Assembly: GCA_963831215.1 (NCBI GenBank)
Contig: CAWHPM010000012.1
Coordinates: 189,801-253,800, forward strand
Length of the DNA stretch: 64,000 bases
Source of the DNA: an uncultured Alphaproteobacteria bacterium
GTDB lineage: Bacteria > Pseudomonadota > Alphaproteobacteria > Sphingomonadales > Sphingomonadaceae
Reading direction: 5' to 3'
Shown here: one piece after another, positions 60,088 to 64,000 of the stretch
Layout: each line of letters starts with the position of its first letter
Numbering within the stretch: position 1 is the stretch's first letter
Position numbers and translations under genes: made by a program
Notes under the pieces: generated by a model
What the model was told of the DNA's origin: nothing
The model's database searches: none
The model's input: only the letters and a program-made list of their open reading frames with translations

Positions 60088-62691
60088 TCAGGCTGCCGGC
60101 ACCGTGGCGACCGGCCGGGGCGGTTGTGGAGCCCTTCTCGGCGCAGGCTGCTGCTCGGATTGCTGAGATTGCTGGGCTTGCGCGGCCTGGCCCGCCTGCT
60201 GCCAGAGCTGCAGATATTCGACGCTGTAAGGATCGCCGAAGCTGCTCCGTCCGCTGTGAACGGCTTCGGTCTGCGGCTGGAACGCTTCCCAGATCACCGG
60301 CGATTTGGGGTCCTCCGTCGTCGGAAAGGCGCCGAACACGGGCTTGCCGGTCGCGCGATCGATGCGAACCCAACGGATTCCCGGCGGCGCGACGAACGGA
60401 ACCTTGGGCTGGTCCTTGAGCGCGGTCAGTGCCCATTCCTTCCAGATCGGCGCGGAGATCCGGCCGCCCTGCGCCCAGCCCCCCATCGGCCGCGGATTGT
60501 CATAGCCGAGATAGACGCCGGCGACGATGTCGGGCGTTCCGCCGACGAACCAGACGTTGGTCGGGCCGTTGGTCGTTCCCGTCTTGCCGAACAAGGGCCG
60601 ATCGAGGTCGCGGAGGACAGTTGCGGTGCCGCGCATGATCACGCCTTCCATCACATGGACCATCTGGAATGCGGCCATGGCGTCGACCAGCTGCCGGGTC
60701 CGACTGGGCGGCCGCGGCATCGATCCGCCATTCCAGTCGGGGGCGTTGCAATTGCCCATCAGCGCGCAGCGGCCGTCGGTGCGATAGATGACCTTGCCGT
60801 CGCGGTCCTCGACATAGTCGATCGTCGTCGGTTTCACCGAGCGTCCCTGGTTCGCCAGGATCGCGTAGGCGTTGACGAGACGCAGCACCGTGGTGTCCCC
60901 GGCGCCGAGCGCGATCGACAAATAGTTGGGATAATCGCCGACCCCGAGCTTGCGCGCGGTGTCAGTGATCTTGGGCATCCCGATATTTGCAGCAGCCCGG
61001 ACGGTCATCAGGTTGCGCGATTGTTCGAGGCCCCAGCGCAGAGTATGCGGCCCGGCCGAGCGACGGTCGAAATTGACGAAGCACTTCTGCGGAAGCCCCG
61101 GCCCCTGATCGACGCAGTATGGCGCGTCCAGTTCGATGGTCGCCGGCGTGAAGCCGTTCTGAAGCGCCGTCACGTACACGATCGGTTTGAATGCCGAGCC
61201 CGGCTGCCGGAGCGCCTGAGTCGCGCGGTTGTAAGCCGAGCCGAGCACGTCGAACCCGCCCTGCATTGCCAGGACCCGGCCGGTATGGACCTCCTCGACG
61301 AGCATGCCGCCGGAAATCGCCGGAACCGTCTTCAGCGCATAGCTGCCCGGCGACGACTGCTTGACGATGATCACCATGCCCGGCTTGAGGCTGTTGAACG
61401 CAGTCCCGCCGACGCCACGGACCGGCATCGCCGCGCCTGACGCGGGTAGAGTCGCGGTAGACCCGTTCGTGAAGCCAATGGTGGCCGCCGCGCCGGCCTT
61501 CGAGAGCACCACGGCTTTCAGCCAGTCGGGAAACCCCGTGCCGACCGGGGTTCGATCGAGCTGGCCGGCCCAATCCTTGCTGAGGTCGATGGTCATGCCG
61601 AGGTCTTTCCAGCCGCCGCCGCCTCCGCCGAACTTCACCAGGCCATTGCGAAGCGCGTTGGCGGCCGGATCCTGCATCCTGGGATCCATCGACGAGCGAA
61701 CCCACAGCCCGCCCGCATAGAGGCTGTTCGGGCCGTTCTTCGCGTCCTCTCCGAACTGCTTGATCAGCTCACGGCGGACCTCTTCCATGAAGTAGCCGCC
61801 CTGCTGGCGGAACTTCTCGTTGCTGCCATAGCGGATCGTCCCGAGCGGGCTCGCCGCGGCCGTGTGCCATTGATCCTCGGTGATGTAGCCATTGTTGTAC
61901 ATCTCCCGAAGCACGTAATTGCGGCGGTCGAGGGCCTTCTGGGTCGCGCGCACCGGGTCGTAGTTCGACGGAGCCTTGGGGAGGATCGCAAGATACGCGG
62001 CCTCGGGCAAAGTCAGCTCATCCACGTCCTTGTCGAAATAGGCGCGCGCCGCCGCCTGGATGCCGTAGGCATTGCGCCCGAGGAAGATCGAATTGAGGTA
62101 GAGCTCGAGGATCTGTTCCTTGCTCAGCGTGTCCTCGAGGCGAAACGCGAGGATCGCCTCGCGCGCCTTGCGCCCGACATTGTAGCTGCTGTCGCGGAGC
62201 AGATATTTGGCCACCTGCTGGGTGATGGTCGAACCGCCCGCGACGCGGCCTCCCCGGCCGAAATGCGTGGTGTAGTTGAAGACCGCCTTGACGAACCCTG
62301 CATAGTCGATGCCGTGGTGATGGAAGAAGCCCTTGTCTTCCGCCGAAATGAAGGCGTGAACGACGAGCGGCGGGAATTCGTCGTAGGACAGGTCCACACG
62401 CCGCTCGCGAGCGAAGGTCTGCACCGGATCGCCGTCGTAGCCGCGGACGTTGGTCGGAAGCGGCGGCTGATAGGCGAGCAGGCTCTGGGCGGACGGAAGC
62501 CCCGCCGCGAAATAGATCCACATTGCCGCAACGAGCGCGAACAAGGCGGCGCCCGCCCAGGTGACCAGCCGGACCCAACGACGCCGCCACCATGGATCGA
62601 CCCAATCGTGGACCCTCTCGTTGAAGGCCACGAGGTCGGGAAGCGGCCAGGCGGGGACGGTCAGACGCTCGAATTTCATTCGATCGTGCAT
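60088..62691 (-). CDS. mrcA: penicillin-binding protein 1A
   Basis: AED, GSTITQQVAK, YLN, QPGSAFK, SRN, GKTGT. Confidence 0.93.
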   Translation of the reverse strand: MHDRMKFERLTVPAWPLPDLVAFNERVHDWVDPWWRRRWVRLVTWAGAALFALVAAMWIYFAAGLPSAQSLLAYQPPLPTNVRGYDGDPVQTFARERRVDLSYDEFPPLVVHAFISAEDKGFFHHHGIDYAGFVKAVFNYTTHFGRGGRVAGGSTITQQVAKYLLRDSSYNVGRKAREAILAFRLEDTLSKEQILELYLNSIFLGRNAYGIQAAARAYFDKDVDELTLPEAAYLAILPKAPSNYDPVRATQKALDRRNYVLREMYNNGYITEDQWHTAAASPLGTIRYGSNEKFRQQGGYFMEEVRRELIKQFGEDAKNGPNSLYAGGLWVRSSMDPRMQDPAANALRNGLVKFGGGGGGWKDLGMTIDLSKDWAGQLDRTPVGTGFPDWLKAVVLSKAGAAATIGFTNGSTATLPASGAAMPVRGVGGTAFNSLKPGMVIIVKQSSPGSYALKTVPAISGGMLVEEVHTGRVLAMQGGFDVLGSAYNRATQALRQPGSAFKPIVYVTALQNGFTPATIELDAPYCVDQGPGLPQKCFVNFDRRSAGPHTLRWGLEQSRNLMTVRAAANIGMPKITDTARKLGVGDYPNYLSIALGAGDTTVLRLVNAYAILANQGRSVKPTTIDYVEDRDGKVIYRTDGRCALMGNCNAPDWNGGSMPRPPSRTRQLVDAMAAFQMVHVMEGVIMRGTATVLRDLDRPLFGKTGTTNGPTNVWFVGGTPDIVAGVYLGYDNPRPMGGWAQGGRISAPIWKEWALTALKDQPKVPFVAPPGIRWVRIDRATGKPVFGAFPTTEDPKSPVIWEAFQPQTEAVHSGRSSFGDPYSVEYLQLWQQAGQAAQAQQSQQSEQQPAPRRAPQPPRPVATVPAA

Positions 62692-62722
62692 CTAGCCTGT
62701 CGTGGCTGGTGCGGAAAGCCGG

Positions 62723-63563
62723 TTAATGGCGCGCGTGCGCCGCGACGTCCGTTTCGACGGCCTGGGCAAGGGCGAGCGCGATCTTCGAGCGCTGTTCGGG
62801 AGTCCGCAGCAACACCTCATCGTCGGCGTTGCTGATGTACCCCGCCTCGAACAACACGGCCGCGGTTTCGGCGCGGCGAAGCACGTGGAACGAGGCGAAG
62901 CGATGAGGATTCGGTCGCAGCTCGACGCGCCCCGCGGCCTTGCCGACCAGCCGTGCGGCGAGATCGGCGGACGCGCGCATCTGCGCCTGCATCCCGAGGT
63001 CGGAGAGCAGGGCTTGAATCGAGCTTCCCGACGAGGCCGACTCCGCGCCGGCGTTCTGGGCCGCGGCGAGCCGGGCGGCCTCTGCATCCGAGGCGACATC
63101 GGAGAGCGAATAAACGGTCGCCCCACGAGCCAGCGGATTTGGCGCGCTGTCCATGTGCAGGGAGACGAACAAAGCGGCATTCAGCCGGCGGGCAACCGCC
63201 GCCCGCTCGTCGAGCGTCAAATAGCGGTCGTCGCTCCGCGTCATTGCGACCCGGACTCGGCCGCGCTTCACGAGATCGTCGCGCAACTCGCGCGCGAGCG
63301 CGAGCGTCAGATCCTTCTCGTTGACCTGTCCCGAGACGCTGGCCGCGCCGGGATCGCGGCCGCCGTGGCCGGCGTCGATCACGACGATGGGACGCCCACG
63401 CGCTTCCGGCGCCGCGTAGATCATGTCGGTCACCGGTGCGGGAACATCGACGGTCAGGCTCGATTGAGCGGCGGCGCCGCTGCGTCCGGCGAACGCGAAC
63501 AGGACGGTACCGCGCGACAAGCGCCGCCGCAGCCACTCCCGCGATCACCCGTCCCCTGCTCAT
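62723..63563 (-). CDS. N-acetylmuramoyl-L-alanine amidase (N-terminal frameshift)
   Basis: IDAGHGGRDPGA, EKDLTL, SLHMD, AVLFEAGYISN. Confidence 0.92.
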
Positions 63564-63618
63564 CAATACTTCCAAGCCCCAAGCCCTTGATCCGGCCAAT
63601 AATATCAATGGAACATGG

Positions 63619-64000
63619 TTAACAGGCTATTTCGGTTCGCAGGCCTGCCGCCGACCGCGCACGCTCCGCCACCATGTCCATCCCGTCGCCATGCCGGTAG
63701 AGCCAGGATCCGCCGACGCAGAGCACCGATTCCTGGGCCAGCCAATCCGCGGCATTGTCGCCACGGACACCACCCGTGGGGCAGAAACGAACATCGGCGA
63801 ACGGGGCGGAGAGCGCCCCGAGCGCCGCAATGCCGCCCATGGCTTCGGCGGGGAAGAATTTGAAACGATCGAGGCCGCGCTCGAGGCCCCGCATGATGTC
63901 CCCCGCTGTCGCAATACCGGGAAGGTAGGCCAGACCCGACCGTTCGACGGCTTTCGCGAGCGTATCGGTAAAGCCCGGCGAAACGATGAATTGCGCTCCG
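63619..64000 (-). CDS. eda: KDPG/KHG aldolase, 3-prime part (runs off the window)
   Basis: FIVSPG, KFFPAEAMGG, FCPTGGV, CVGGSWL. Confidence 0.92.
   Translation of the reverse strand, partial: GAQFIVSPGFTDTLAKAVERSGLAYLPGIATAGDIMRGLERGLDRFKFFPAEAMGGIAALGALSAPFADVRFCPTGGVRGDNAADWLAQESVLCVGGSWLYRHGDGMDMVAERARSAAGLRTEIAC

Overview
GC-rich alphaproteobacterial chromosome segment, most consistent with Sphingomonadaceae (gene content and order, UrcA, sphingomonad-type palindromes; inference). It is mostly housekeeping: grxD-bolA, scoAB, thiS/thiG, aroQ-accB-accC, aat, recX, tRNA-Trp, secE-nusG, rplK-rplA, rplJ-rplL, thyA, rpoBC, prfB, PBP1A, an amidase and partial eda. Frameshifts and premature stops hit many essential genes, so the sequence looks like an unpolished long-read assembly. 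I treat these as errors, not pseudogenes, and several gene ends are approximate. Two unexplained patterns stand out. (1) Two atypical genes (DUF4242 and a ClC channel, 14.84-16.82 kb) sit between short GGGT-core palindromic sites. The half-sites re-pair perfectly when each gene is circularised, like an integron-style cassette array, but the sites are not attC and no recombinase is in the window. (2) Three unrelated exported proteins end in a Pro/Ala-rich linker plus xERG(Q), a candidate envelope or peptidoglycan anchoring signal; one gene lies directly upstream of an L,D-transpeptidase. Also present: a candidate sigma54-driven sRNA, several EcfG-type promoters (one perfectly bidirectional), three tandem entericidin-like lipoproteins missed by the ORF track, and a UrcA/wHTH/TonB-receptor insert between tRNA-Trp and secE.
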